DNA of 63,472 nucleotides, the filler included, from Bigelowiella natans CCMP2755 (lineage: Eukaryota; Protista; Cercozoa), in NCBI GenBank assembly GCA_000320545.1. It is 6 parts of 6 records of this genome, joined end to end, with 100 filler letters (N's around TTAATTAATTAA, not from the genome) between each part and the next. Parts side by side here need not be neighbours in the genome. Positions count along the whole stretch, not along the records: positions 23,459 to 40,724 come from ADNK01000356.1; positions 40,825 to 47,872 come from ADNK01001480.1; 4 more parts are not named here. One strand, 5' to 3'. This document shows positions 32,624 through 44,325 of the stretch, piece after piece (position 1 is the first letter of the stretch; each line of letters opens with the position of its first letter). A program made the position numbers and the translations under genes. The notes beneath the pieces are model-generated. The model searched no databases. It was not told the DNA's origin and worked only from the letters and a program-made list of their open reading frames with translations.

Positions 32624-33832
32624 TGCGGCACGATTGCACGGGAACTAGAGATCTCCTTACTATGTAAATTAGTTTTTGAAGAAAACGATTAATTACAATG
32701 AGCTAATGAAGAAACGCTATGATATACTGCGCAAAATGAGACTTTGTACAGAGCGCGTTCCAGTTACAGTAAGCCATGAATCTGGAAATTTACTTCGTAG
32801 AAGCAAACTGAACATATCTTACACTAAACAACGACTACTGCATTACACACACAAATATTTATTTATCTGCAATCAATGCCATGACTTGATTTTCTGAATG
32901 AATCTACCAATTGGCCAGACACTGCATTGATGCAAGAGGTTGCAGCGTGGCCAAACATGAATTTGCTGCCAAATATACAAAAAATTTACAGCTAAGCCGA
33001 AGTATATATGCGTGCCTCGTAGCTTGATGGGTTTCTCTCATACCCTGAGATGGCATCAATTACTTTTTGCGTTAAGACGATAACTGGATGATAATTTTGG
33101 TTTTGCTGATTCCTATCCTAGCCACATGTGCAGCCGCGCCTAGCTGCTAATGTCCCATTCACTCACCACCAGGCTTTTATTTGATGTTTTTGCCGTACTA
33201 TACAACTATTAGATCGATGTAATGCATCAGTGCTGCTGTCGTAACAATTACTTATACTAGCTAGGCTATCAGATGCAACTATGCAGCGCCTGTCTTGGCA
33301 GCTCACAATTGACATCTAGACATGTACTGTGTATGCCTTGTCAATAGTGCTCACTATTATCTTTAGTTAGCTAGCACAGTATCAAATCCTTATGGTTGCA
33401 TGAAGTCATCACTGATCATATGCGGACAGTGTTGTGTGTATCGAATTTGTAGCACGCACATACAGTGTGTCAATGGCAATGGTGCAACAGAGCACGCGCA
33501 GGTTTCAGTAGGTGCTGGTGGCAGCGATGTGTGATACGTGGCTCTTGTCATCAGGCTGCTTCATATAAGCATGCAGTGCGCACTAGCTACCTACCATGAG
33601 AATGTCAAGAATTAGCGCAGCATCCTCAGGGCATCTATACATCATCGCATGTGCGTGGCAATAACATTGTGACCGGCACAATACAATGAAATGAATAATG
33701 TGCGAGCGTTCTCTTTTATGTGACATAGCGTGTTGCGCGCTTCTTACGATGGCTGCTTAGAGTGGAATAACTAAGATACTATTCTGATTCTTCCTCTAAC
33801 GTGGGCGTTTGGTATTGTACTCAAAGTATCAT

Positions 33833-33903
33833 CTCAATAACTAACACACACAATTCTGTGTTAACCTCAATAACTAGCACACACAATGCTGTGTTAACCT
33901 CAA
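33833..33903. repeat. 33-bp tandem duplication
   Basis: ctcaataacta(a/g)cacacacaat(t/g)ctgtgttaac occurs twice. Confidence 0.8.
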
Positions 33904-35087
33904 AGTGTACTGCTACAACTATGCATGCGTGATGTATCATTTGTTCAATTTTCACAAAATTTTGGATGAAATCATTTATTCTTGAGGATGAGCTCGTTGC
34001 GATGTTTCAGCTATAAATTCTTCTAGGGCGGTGTGAACCTAGAATTTATACACATCAATTTAGGGGCAAACACAGTGGATCAGATAAGCAATCACTACCG
34101 CTTCTACGTGAGCTCGTTCTTTTTCGAGGAAACTGCTGGCCATCTACAGTAATAATGCAAAGAAGATAATTAGAGACCTCCAATAAGATATCACATGTCT
34201 GAGGTTTGAGCTACCAAGCCTCCAGACTGTCTTAATAAAGCTTCGGAGTAGAATATTCCAGCTTCTCGGAACTTCTTCGCTGCAATGCCGTAATCTCCAT
34301 TTCTTTGATACTCATAAGCCTTATCCCTAGTAAAGGGTATATTTAAATTTGAATTTAAGGTGACTACGACATTGATGGCGACGCATTGTGTTTACCGCAT
34401 AACATTGAATTCCTTGAGATCCTGTCCTTCCAAAACGGTTGACATTACTAGATCCTCTTCTACCTCTGCGCATAGGGAGACCTAGAGAATATTAGAATGT
34501 TACTTCATCTAGGAAGCATATACTTGAGTAATTATGAATGATCGTTACATTAAGAATGACAAGAAGAAGAACGCCAACAAGGGATGAATTGAAGATCATT
34601 AAATCTGTTCTCGAGCGGTGTAGTCAAAGTCTAGACGGACACAAGAGTGGACAAGCCAACAAGAGGGATATCACTCAGGTCGGAAAGAAAATAACAACAC
34701 TTAGAAGCAGAACAGAGCTCGGTACATTCTATGCAGGTATGCACCTTGGAACTGGCGATCCGCCATTTGAAATTTGAGTTTGTATTTCATTGAATTTATT
34801 TAAAATCCGCCTGCATTTTATCCTCCTTTCAAACTTTTCTATGTCGCAGCAAAAAAATACATTCCGGCTGTCGGGATTTGACTTCCGACGGCGGACGTTT
34901 TTACAGCCACCCCTCATATTTGGATGACGAATGGGAAAAATGCCCTATCTTTTCCCAGAAATGCTCACTCTCTGATCCTTTTTATGTCTGACTACAGCTC
35001 CACCACAGCGGAAGTAAGGTGGCCGTCGTCGTCGTCGCCATCGTTGTTGTCGCCTCCCGTTGCTGGCACGGGTAGGGGGAACCAAGC

Positions 35088-36438
35088 ATGCGTCCGATAA
35101 TATTCCTTACGCTTCAGCTTTCCTGTGGCCTGGCGAGTCTACCCCCCGAATTCACAGGAGCAGAAATTGCCAGCACCCTGAGCCGATCGGCCTTTCTCCG
35201 TGGATTGGCTACGGTAGGAGGTGCTGCAGCAGCCTTCCGGGGTGCAGCTAGAGTCAGCGTCATCGGTCACCCCCGGATACCCCCAATCCCTCCCTCTTCG
35301 AAGCATGAGGTGATCGGAGAGAAGATCATCCGTGTCGGGGCAGGGCCAGAGAGCTGTCGCGCACGAGTTTTCTACCCGGCCACATCGTCCCTGAACTCTG
35401 ACAGTAGCGTCTCACCGTATCTGACGGACGGGAAGGCCACCAGTGACGGAATGGCTAGTCTTGTGGGATTTGATAGGCTAGGCTTGTCGTTTCTGCTCGA
35501 ACATTTATCCAGCGCCAAGTCTGGAGGCACGACAAATGCTGTTCCAAACTATGACACCGCATTCCCGCTCTTGGTCTATTCCCACGGTACGCTCAGTCCA
35601 CCCCCCCCCCCCTCCGCTGCTCCGTCCCTATATTATCTAATACCTTCTCTAAGTTTTAAACCAGTTGCATTGATTGATCTTCGTGTTAAATACAGGTTTT
35701 GGAGGGAACATGGACATGGCCGCCTCTCTCTTGCGACAGATAGCTTCAGAGGGAATTGTGGTGCTTGCATTAGAGCACACAGACGGAACAGCTTCTAGGA
35801 CGGTTCTGGCTGACGGCTCGGAAAGGAAGTTTCAGCCGACTCTTTTTTCGCGAGAACAGCAGCTTCTACGACGTTCGGAGGAATTGCTCGTCGGCAGCCA
35901 ACCTTCTTCGTTCCCCCCGGAATTGCGACGTATGATTGACTGGGATTCTGTCTTCCTCGGCGGCCATTCCTATGGCGGACCAAGCGCACTTTTAGCTCTA
36001 GAGCGGTCGAAAAAATTAGAGATCACTGGAGGAAATGATGTAGGCATCCGTGGGTTGATCCTACATGACCCAGCACTCGGACGAATGACGGATTCTCCGA
36101 CCGGTGCCCAAGATTCCGTTCCAATCGTCAGCTTCACTTCTGATGAGTACGATCGCTATGGCGTGCGATGCGGTAGCACGTTTCATTGCCGTGGGGCCTT
36201 CCATGGAAACTTTGTGGATGCTCCCTTGTGGGCGCCGTCATGGGTCATGCGGCCACTTTCAAAGATCATTCCAGCTGCTGGACCAGCTGATCCGGTGCTG
36301 CTTCACCGTGAGCTTGCCGAAGCCGCCAGAAAGTTTGTGGCAAGTGTCAGAAGAGGGAAGACCAGAAGCGATGAGGCGTCGGCTACCATCATCGAAAATA
36401 CTGCAGACGCTATGACATTTGAATCTCGCAAAATCTAA
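35088..36438 (+). CDS. PAF-acetylhydrolase-like alpha/beta hydrolase with a signal plus transit-like leader; 2 exons
   Basis: Motifs: ARVFYPA, FPLLVYSH|GFGG (intron 35587-35695), GIVVLALEHTDGTAS, nucleophile elbow GGHSYGG, LHDPA and GAFHGNFVD. Confidence 0.88.
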
Positions 36439-37302
36439 CAATGCTAGAATAATTAGCTTCATCTGCTGTTGTTGAATGCCAGAGTGACACTGCTTGTTGC
36501 ATAGTTATGTAGATCGTATTTGTTACAAACCCGATACAGCTAGCTAGCTAGACATGCTAGCATGCATGCACGTGCCACAGCTAGACAGTCCTGCCTTGCA
36601 GTTGTTGCTAACTCACGCCGATGCATGCGCGGGCACCAGTCGATACGTCACTAGCTAGCTAGGAACTATGAGCGTAGCGCCAATGGAAGCTGCCCTGGTA
36701 CTAGAGTAGCATGTGTGATGCTAGAATAGCGACAATTACGATGCAGGCATACTGAGCCATGCATTACACTTTCTTTCTAAGATTGAATGACAAAGAGAAT
36801 ATTTACGTTGCGTTCAGCTCACATTCATGAAGACCTTGACATATTAGTTTGCAATAGCGTCGCGCAGACGTTCCGGGTGTAGAACTCCTGCATTTCACAC
36901 CATCAACTTCATAGTCGTGGTCTTGCTTGGACGCAGCCGGAGCACAATTTGCTATTGAGAAACTCGAGAATTTGAATAAATCGAAAGGGAAAGATGCTCA
37001 GCGAATCCAGCGACGAGTATGTATGAAGCACCATAGTTTACAAAACGTCAAAGCAACACAAATTCCTTTGGGGGATGTACCACTGATGCATTAAGCACCA
37101 GCTTCCACATGCCCATGTACGCAAATGTGGCCTAGACGTTTCGCTTGTTGTGATACCCACAGTATACACGTGGCAGTGCACGAGATAGCATATTTCCTTC
37201 TCCAGCCACTCATGTTCAGACCTACTGTAACATAACATCAACCCGCTGTTGTACGACATTTGTCGCTGACTAGTTTGATGATTTTGTTAACGGGTTGATC
37301 AC

Positions 37303-38249
37303 CTAGATGAGGGCACACACTCGCTTTTTCTTGGTCTTCTTTGGCGCCATGCCAGTTATGATGGCTTCGCCGAAAACATTTTTTAGGCCATCCTGCGTGA
37401 GCGCAGAGCACTCAAGGTACCTGACACCACCAGAGGGAAGTTTCATTTAGTTATTGCACAGGACGCTCCAGATCATCACCCATGCGATCGATGAATTGCG
37501 TGGAGTTTACGATCAACAATTACTGACTTGATGCAGCCTAATTCCTTGGCAAGGTTTTCTGCCTCCTTTGGATCGACAAATTCACCTCCTTTTCGCTTGA
37601 ACTCTTCAACGTACTCATCATCCTCACGGAGGTCCATCTTCGTGCCGACCAGAATCACTGGCACGCCGGGGCAGTGGTGGCCGAGCTCAGGCATCCACTT
37701 GGACTTGACGTTCTCCAAAGACGCACGAGAGTTTACGGAGAACACGACAAGGAACACGTTGGTCTGTGGATACGATCTGCGGCATGGGAAAGGGGAAGGA
37801 GCAATCATGAAGGATAGCTTGCCATCTGTCACAATTTCCATCTCCCATATTCCTCCGTATCAACTTACAGGGGTCTTAATCTGTCGTAGTCATCCTGACC
37901 AGCTGTGTCCCAAAGGCCTTTTTATGAGGTAAGTTGCCACAATGAAGAGTCCGCACGAATACATTGCCTTTTAGGCGTTGTAAATTAGGCATCTTACTGA
38001 GGTTAATGGTCTTGCCGTCGACCATAACGTTGGCGCAGTAGTTCTCGAAGACCGTAGGTACGTACTCGCCAGGGAATGCGTCAGTGGTATACGAGATCAA
38101 CATGCAGGTCTTGCCTCTGAGGAGGGAGGAGGGGGAGATTGAGGGGGAAAACACACGAGAAAATAGGAGGTCACTTAGAGAGAATAAATATTCGAATACA
38201 CAACTTACGCAGCTCCATCGCCGACAGTAACACATTTCACGTTCTGCAT
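37303..38249 (-). CDS. RAC: Rho-family small GTPase, Rac-like; 5 exons
   Basis: Spliced protein: [13 protein letters not shown]|[27 protein letters not shown]..|[16 protein letters not shown]|[17 protein letters not shown]..|[28 protein letters not shown]. It ends in a polybasic stretch plus CAAX. Confidence 0.96.
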
Positions 38250-38786
38250 CGTGCTCTGGTGTGCGGGAGTCTGGGTTATGCTCCGCAGTCGGGGGCCGGA
38301 AAGTTCCGAAACCTGTCCAGGTTTTGTTGTTTTTAATGGCCCGGCTGAATCCTTAACTTGCCGCTGTCCGAAAAATGCTCCCGTTTTGGCCCTTCCCTCT
38401 CTTCAGCGACACATTCTTTACATCCGCTTTTTCTCGGATTTGGGTTTTGAGGCAGCAGGACCTTCCGTGGCAAGAGTTCCTGCGCACACACGAACGGAAA
38501 CACCGAGAAATATCTTCGTGCGACAACCTAAGATCACCGCACTCCCCCCCAAATTCCCATCTTCGAACGAGCTTCAGAGAGCACGGGAGAGAATATGCAC
38601 GTCGCATCGAATAAATGCCCTGAATATTCCATCCAAATTCATTGTCGCACCGCATAAACGGCATATGTATTCCCAATTTTGTGGGTAATTTCTTCTGCGA
38701 TCTGCGACATCCCGCGACCGGCAGGACGTACTCTTTTCGCGAGCCCCCCCTTAAGACTGATACCCGGCCGACGGTGCACAGACAGC

Positions 38787-39858
38787 ATGCAGCGGATTTG
38801 TCTTCAGCGAGGATTCCTTCGCAGGCACAGTCGGATATTTAAGGGGACCATTGGCACCTGCGCGCGTAGCTTCGTCGTATCGCATGGCAGGGGGGGGAAA
38901 CAGGTTTGGAAAACTACTTCCTCGCACTTCGCTCTTTGCTGATCGTATCCTCTCACCCAGGCAGGTGCGGGTAACTGTGAGGTCGGAGATATTGCATATT
39001 CACCGCACGACATTCGCTCGGCCTGGGTGAAGGAGGCCTTCCGCACGATCTATCGACTCGATCAGAGGGAATCAACCACTCCAATGATTCAGCTGGAGGA
39101 CCACCAGGGCGGTTATCCTTCCTTCTCAAAAGGTATTCTCTATATGCAATGGCGGACTGTCACTCCTATTTTCTCCGCCAAGGTTGTTGTGGTGCGAGCG
39201 TGATGTGGACATGTTTTCTCTTTATTCACATGCACACACACACACACACACCCCACACACACCCCACACACACCTAACATTTTCATATTCACTTCACAGG
39301 TGAAAATGGAATTGACCTCTACATTAAGAACGAGGTCGCAGAGAACGAGTCTGCTGATGCCTTCCTCTACTTGCCGACTAAAAATCCATGCGTAACACAC
39401 GCATGATGCCGAATTCTATGTATTAGGCAGCGCTACCTTCAGGCTCCCTGAAGCATCGGCTCGCACGCTCATTGTTCATGTATGCTTTAGCGACGGGACA
39501 GCTGAGGGTACCGTCATTTGATAAACAAATATGATTCAAAAAGTATAGTTAGATATATGCATATATCGCGCACTTTATAAAATCTAGACGCGCCTTGATC
39601 TGACGCATAATAGCCCCCCCCCTCACTCCCTCCTTGTTTTCCTGATCTCTCACCATCATCATCAGGAGAACATGACCATCGTGGAGGCAAGTTCAGGGAG
39701 TACGGCTATCAGTGAGGCCTGGTTTGCACGCCGCTTAGGGTTGAGCTACATCAGCGTTGTGGTAGTTGTATTAGTAGTATTAGTAGTAGTATTAGCCGTA
39801 TAAACAGCTACAGTAACAATGATACTTTAAGAGTTATCTTGAGGATCATCACTTCATA

Positions 39859-39936
<78 letters not shown>

Positions 39937-40294
39937 GTAGCATAGATATGTGTCCTTCCCATAGTCTACACAACAGACATATTCCTCCAATCGCCTCCTA
40001 ACCCCGTCGGTCTCGTTGTCGTTATTTGCGTAACCAATCAGGCTAAAAGCACGGCCAAGGAAAAAATTGAGGTTTTTTATTAATTCATAAACTACTTCTC
40101 TTCCGACAAAACGCAGAGCATCTCAACGCGTAGATCTTGAAAACAAAATCGCCAATGAGGGCAGCCCCTGCTGCTGTTCATGGTATATCTATTTATAGGC
40201 GATAGAGAGCCTTGGCGGTGAATGCGTGCTCGTCGAATCGACGGCGAAGATATATGACAAGTGTGAAGAGATCGTGAAAGAGCTGAATGAAAAG
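38787..40294 (+). CDS. PLP-dependent cysteine-synthase-fold enzyme of the bacterial Cds1/Rv3684 (L-cysteine desulfhydrase) type, with a putative mitochondrial presequence. No further exon was recognised before the gap at 40725.
   Basis: Spliced exons: AWVKEAFRTI..TPMIQL|GIDLYIKNE|AALPSGSLKHRLARSLFMYALATGQLR|ENMTIVEASSGSTAISEAWFARRLGLSYISVV|AKSTAKEKIE|AIESLGGECVLVE. GSLKHRLARSLF and EASSGSTAxSEA are subfamily hallmarks. Confidence 0.88.
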
Positions 40295-40329
40295 GCCAAG
40301 CTGCAGCCTGCATGTGCGTGCGTATGCGA

Positions 40330-40367
<38 letters not shown>

Positions 40368-40724
40368 AGTGACTCCCCACCCCCCCCCTCTCTCCCCCTG
40401 TTTTAACGGTAGTTGTGCTGCTGCTGCTGCTGCTGCTGGTGGTGGTGGTGGTGATTGTGGTGATTGTGGTGGCGTAAACACCGTGATTCTTTCGGCCCTT
40501 TCTGCATTTGCCCCCAGCAATAATGCAAACACCTTCCTTTCTATCATCATCGAAATGATCTCCATTACCATCACCTACCTCAAACTCGTAACATGCGTCC
40601 TCCATTTCTTCCATGTCACCTGCAAGGCCCATTATCATCTCCTACTTCCCCTCTCTCCCCGTTGTAAACTTCTGTCCATCGACGACAAGGAGGACGAGGA
40701 AGGTGGCGATGATGATGATTGATG

Positions 40725-40824
40725 NNNNNNNNNNNNNNNNNNNNNNNNNNNNNNNNNNNNNNNNNNNNTTAATTAATTAANNNNNNNNNNNNNNNNNNNN
40801 NNNNNNNNNNNNNNNNNNNNNNNN
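40725..40824. other. Assembly gap linker
   Basis: N44-TTAATTAATTAA-N44. Confidence 0.97.
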
Positions 40825-41090
40825 CAAAATGCAGACACTCTGGGCCGAGGAGCACAACGGGATGTTCGATGAATTCATGAGTAAGGCGCTCGGGTTCCAA
40901 CGGTCGGTATACATATCTGTCCACTTAGCATCTCTACGGCTGATGGGCAAGGACGAATCCATGCATGCTCCTCAAACTAGCCACGCATATCGCTCTTAAA
41001 CAGCCAAACGTTCGAAACGAGTATGTACCAAGCAGCGTGCCCGACGTTGTCACCTAAACACGCCAGTCAAACATCTTTCTCTCCCTCTCC

Positions 41091-41132
<42 letters not shown>

Positions 41133-41570
41133 CTCAGATATGCGGAAAACGCGGTACGAGCCCTTGACACACGGCTTCAAAGCATCGAAAAGCTGGAAAA
41201 GGCTACCATGGACAAGATGGATAGGTCAGATTGCCCGCAACGATATGATTTGCCTCTCTGTTTGATGAACATAAGACATTCATATGTCTATGCGTGCAAG
41301 GAAGGAATGGAAAGCAATATAGTTTTTTTATACACAAGAGTAGAGATTGCTTGCAATGCACCCTTTCGTGCGAGTTTTGCGTGCGTGTGTGCGTGTGTGT
41401 ATGTGCGAGTGCGCGGAAGCGAAGAGTGATGTTCCTTGGCGTTGATTCACGTTCTCAGCGTTGACCGGCGGATAAACGACGAAAGATCTGCACGACAGCT
41501 CTTTCTTGCAGAGTAGGACATTAATCAAAACATCTCCTTCAAACCATTCGATGCCGTCGGGAATATAGCA

Positions 41571-41611
<41 letters not shown>

Positions 41612-42218
41612 ATGCGCTTTTGAAAAATAAATAATTTACACCTGAAAGAGAGACGGAGCACCGTATATATTCATCTCTATCTAATAGATAAGGTTTCTTG
41701 TAAGAGACCCGTCGTCACTCCCCTCCTTCTCGTCTTTCCAGCTTGCACACTGATTGATGGATGGGTGGGTGGGTGGTTCTTTGCAGGAACGCAGAAGCGC
41801 AGAAGCGGGCGCAGTCTGAAAGAGCACGGCAAATCGAAGTGCTGTATAACCACCGGCGCCATTCCGAGGCCATTCTTGCTAAGATGAAGGGGGTAAGTGT
41901 CAGTAGAAGTAGCAGCAGCAGCAGCAGCACTAGTAGAGGAAGCGATGCCAGCAATACAGGAGCTACTTTCGCCCCTTTTTGGGAGAGATTTCTTGCATGG
42001 TGCAGACACGCATAGACCTGCAATCGAGAGGCCATTGTACAATGGCGTGTCTACTCGGTTTTGAGTACAATCTCTCTTCAAAGTGCCAACTTCCTCCTTT
42101 TCACCGTCCCTTTCTACCCCCTCGCCCCCCCCTCGTAGATTCAAGATAATATTACCTCTACAACGACTTCATTCGTCGAGTCTCTCCGCCAACCATCGCT
42201 CTCCCCACACCACTCCGT

Positions 42219-42253
<35 letters not shown>

Positions 42254-42352
42254 CAACGATACGTGCCTACCCCCAATCCTCGTCAATCCGTAATTCTAGA
42301 TTATCATACTTTTTTCAAAACTTTAGTTTCCTTGTGATCCATCCAATTAGGG

Positions 42353-42388
<36 letters not shown>

Positions 42389-42470
42389 CTGCGCGCGCGC
42401 GCGCGTGCATTGTGTACAAGGATGCTCTCGGCTTCGCCGTGCGGCCGATCATCATCATAGTTTGAGATGA
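40825..42470 (+). CDS. 3' part of a hypothetical coiled-coil protein
   Basis: Phase-consistent splicing gives KMQTLWAEEHNGMFDEFMSKALGFQR|YAENAVRALDTRLQSIEKLEKATMDKMD|RNAEAQKRAQSERARQIEVLYNHRRHSEAILAKMKG. The end is approximate. Confidence 0.5.
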
Positions 42471-44325
42471 AACCGGATTGGTTCCAAATCTCTAATTTTC
42501 TTCATTCGCACTTCCCTCCTCCAGGATCGCCCATTGTTGCGATGGGTAGAGGGGTAAGATCTCCCGGGATGGTAATGTCGGCAGCCCCTGCCCCCCCTCC
42601 TAATGCGGAATATGCTGAAAGGACACGACAGCATAATCGGTACAAGAAGCAGGAGCAACAATCTCAAAGGCCGCTGCGACACTCAAGCCTACTCTCTTGG
42701 ACGGGGATTGCAGCACCTGAAGACGAAGAAGAGGACTCTTCGAGGTATCTTGTCCTCTCAATAACACATGGAAAACGTCCCACATTTTCACTTTTAAGAG
42801 GGGGGGGGAGGGGGGGCGGCTAGGAAAAGGTTTTTTTTATCAGTGTCATTCTTGTAACGTGCCGTTTGTCACATCAACTCGAAATACCATATCTCTCCTA
42901 TATTCATGGTCATCTTCAAAAGCAGGAGCAATGTTGCCAGGCCTCATCATTCATCCTCGCGGGCACGAGACAAGAGTGTAGTTTTTTCAGCCTGCCCGTC
43001 CCCTGCATGGGAATAGTACGCAAAGATCACCAAAATGGTCAATTTGGAGGGTATGGAGCGAGCTAAGATGCGAGTCGATTTTTTAAAAAATATTTTATCG
43101 TGAATGTGAAAGTTAATGCATGTAAAGTATCAGTAGGCAGAAGGGTGCATGATAGAATGCATCAACTAATGCTAGTCTAGTAATCGCGTGCTTGTTTATT
43201 CTGGCTCGTGCATGAGTGCTAAAGAAAATGCCCCTCGCTCTACAATGGCGCTACGCTGTAATTGCAAGCTAGCAAGAGCAATCGTGCTAGCGTGAGTATC
43301 AATAAATGATGCTGCATATCGTCTATTTTTGTCAATCAACCTCTACCTACCTCTTCTCAATATCACAAGGCTATGTAATTCATGCGACACTGTGATTAAG
43401 CAATGATAGCAATGTAGACGCAACGCCTTGAATTTGGTCACCACATTCAAGCACATCATGCAGCGTTGCGCATTGCAACTTATTCAACGAAGGACTATGC
43501 TAGCTAGCTAGCTCGGTGATGTCATGTGCACAGCCGCATATTGCCCACACATGCGCATGCTGGCCAGCTTGCTAGCTTGCGTGCTAGCTAGCTAGCTAGC
43601 TAGTTTCACCGATTAGATGGATGATTCCGCAGAATGATCAGCTTCAACAAAGTTCGGCTGCAAGCCAATTAATGCCATGATTCTGAGCAATCTTGCAATC
43701 TGGCGCCTGACTGCACGCAACTGCTCTGCCTGCCACATGCACGTGCTTGTGAGCTAACCAGCTAGTCATCTAGCCACGTACGTGTGCTTCATGTGACAAT
43801 GTCGACTGTGTGCGCCAGGGCGAGGTAGCTGCTAGCGCACTGCCTGCAAGCGTTGATGATGACATGCTAGCACGAAAGACCATCCGTTTCAGAATAAGAG
43901 AGAGCTGCCATCACAATCTGACGACGAGTCGTCTAGCACAACGATCTGGACGAGCTTGCGAGTAGTGGCGGCTGTGAATTGTGAGCCACGACTGTTACGA
44001 AAAATTATGCCAATTTGATGCACCGCGACAGCGACAATTTCGGGATTCAAAGTTCCCTCGGAGCGGAGCGGTTTCCGTACGATCTTCGTTAATACCGTTG
44101 TCGCAGATGCCATTCGACATTCGTTAAGATGTTTTCGGTCATTATTTCTAATTATAGCCGCTCGATTTTAGTCGCAGAGGCGGTTGCAGTAACGAAAAAA
44201 AAACCTCGTCTAGCCGTACTCACCCCTATCCAAGCTCCGCCGACGATCCGAGGTTTGATGCCGTTGAGCACGACTGTGTAGTCGTTGGAGAAAAAGAGGA
44301 TGGTTCAAGCCACTCATTCTCGGGG

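Noticed and set aside
33950-34920. AT-richer interval with short ORFs, possibly a transposon relic
   Set aside because: No RT, integrase or transposase motif, and no terminal repeats recognised.
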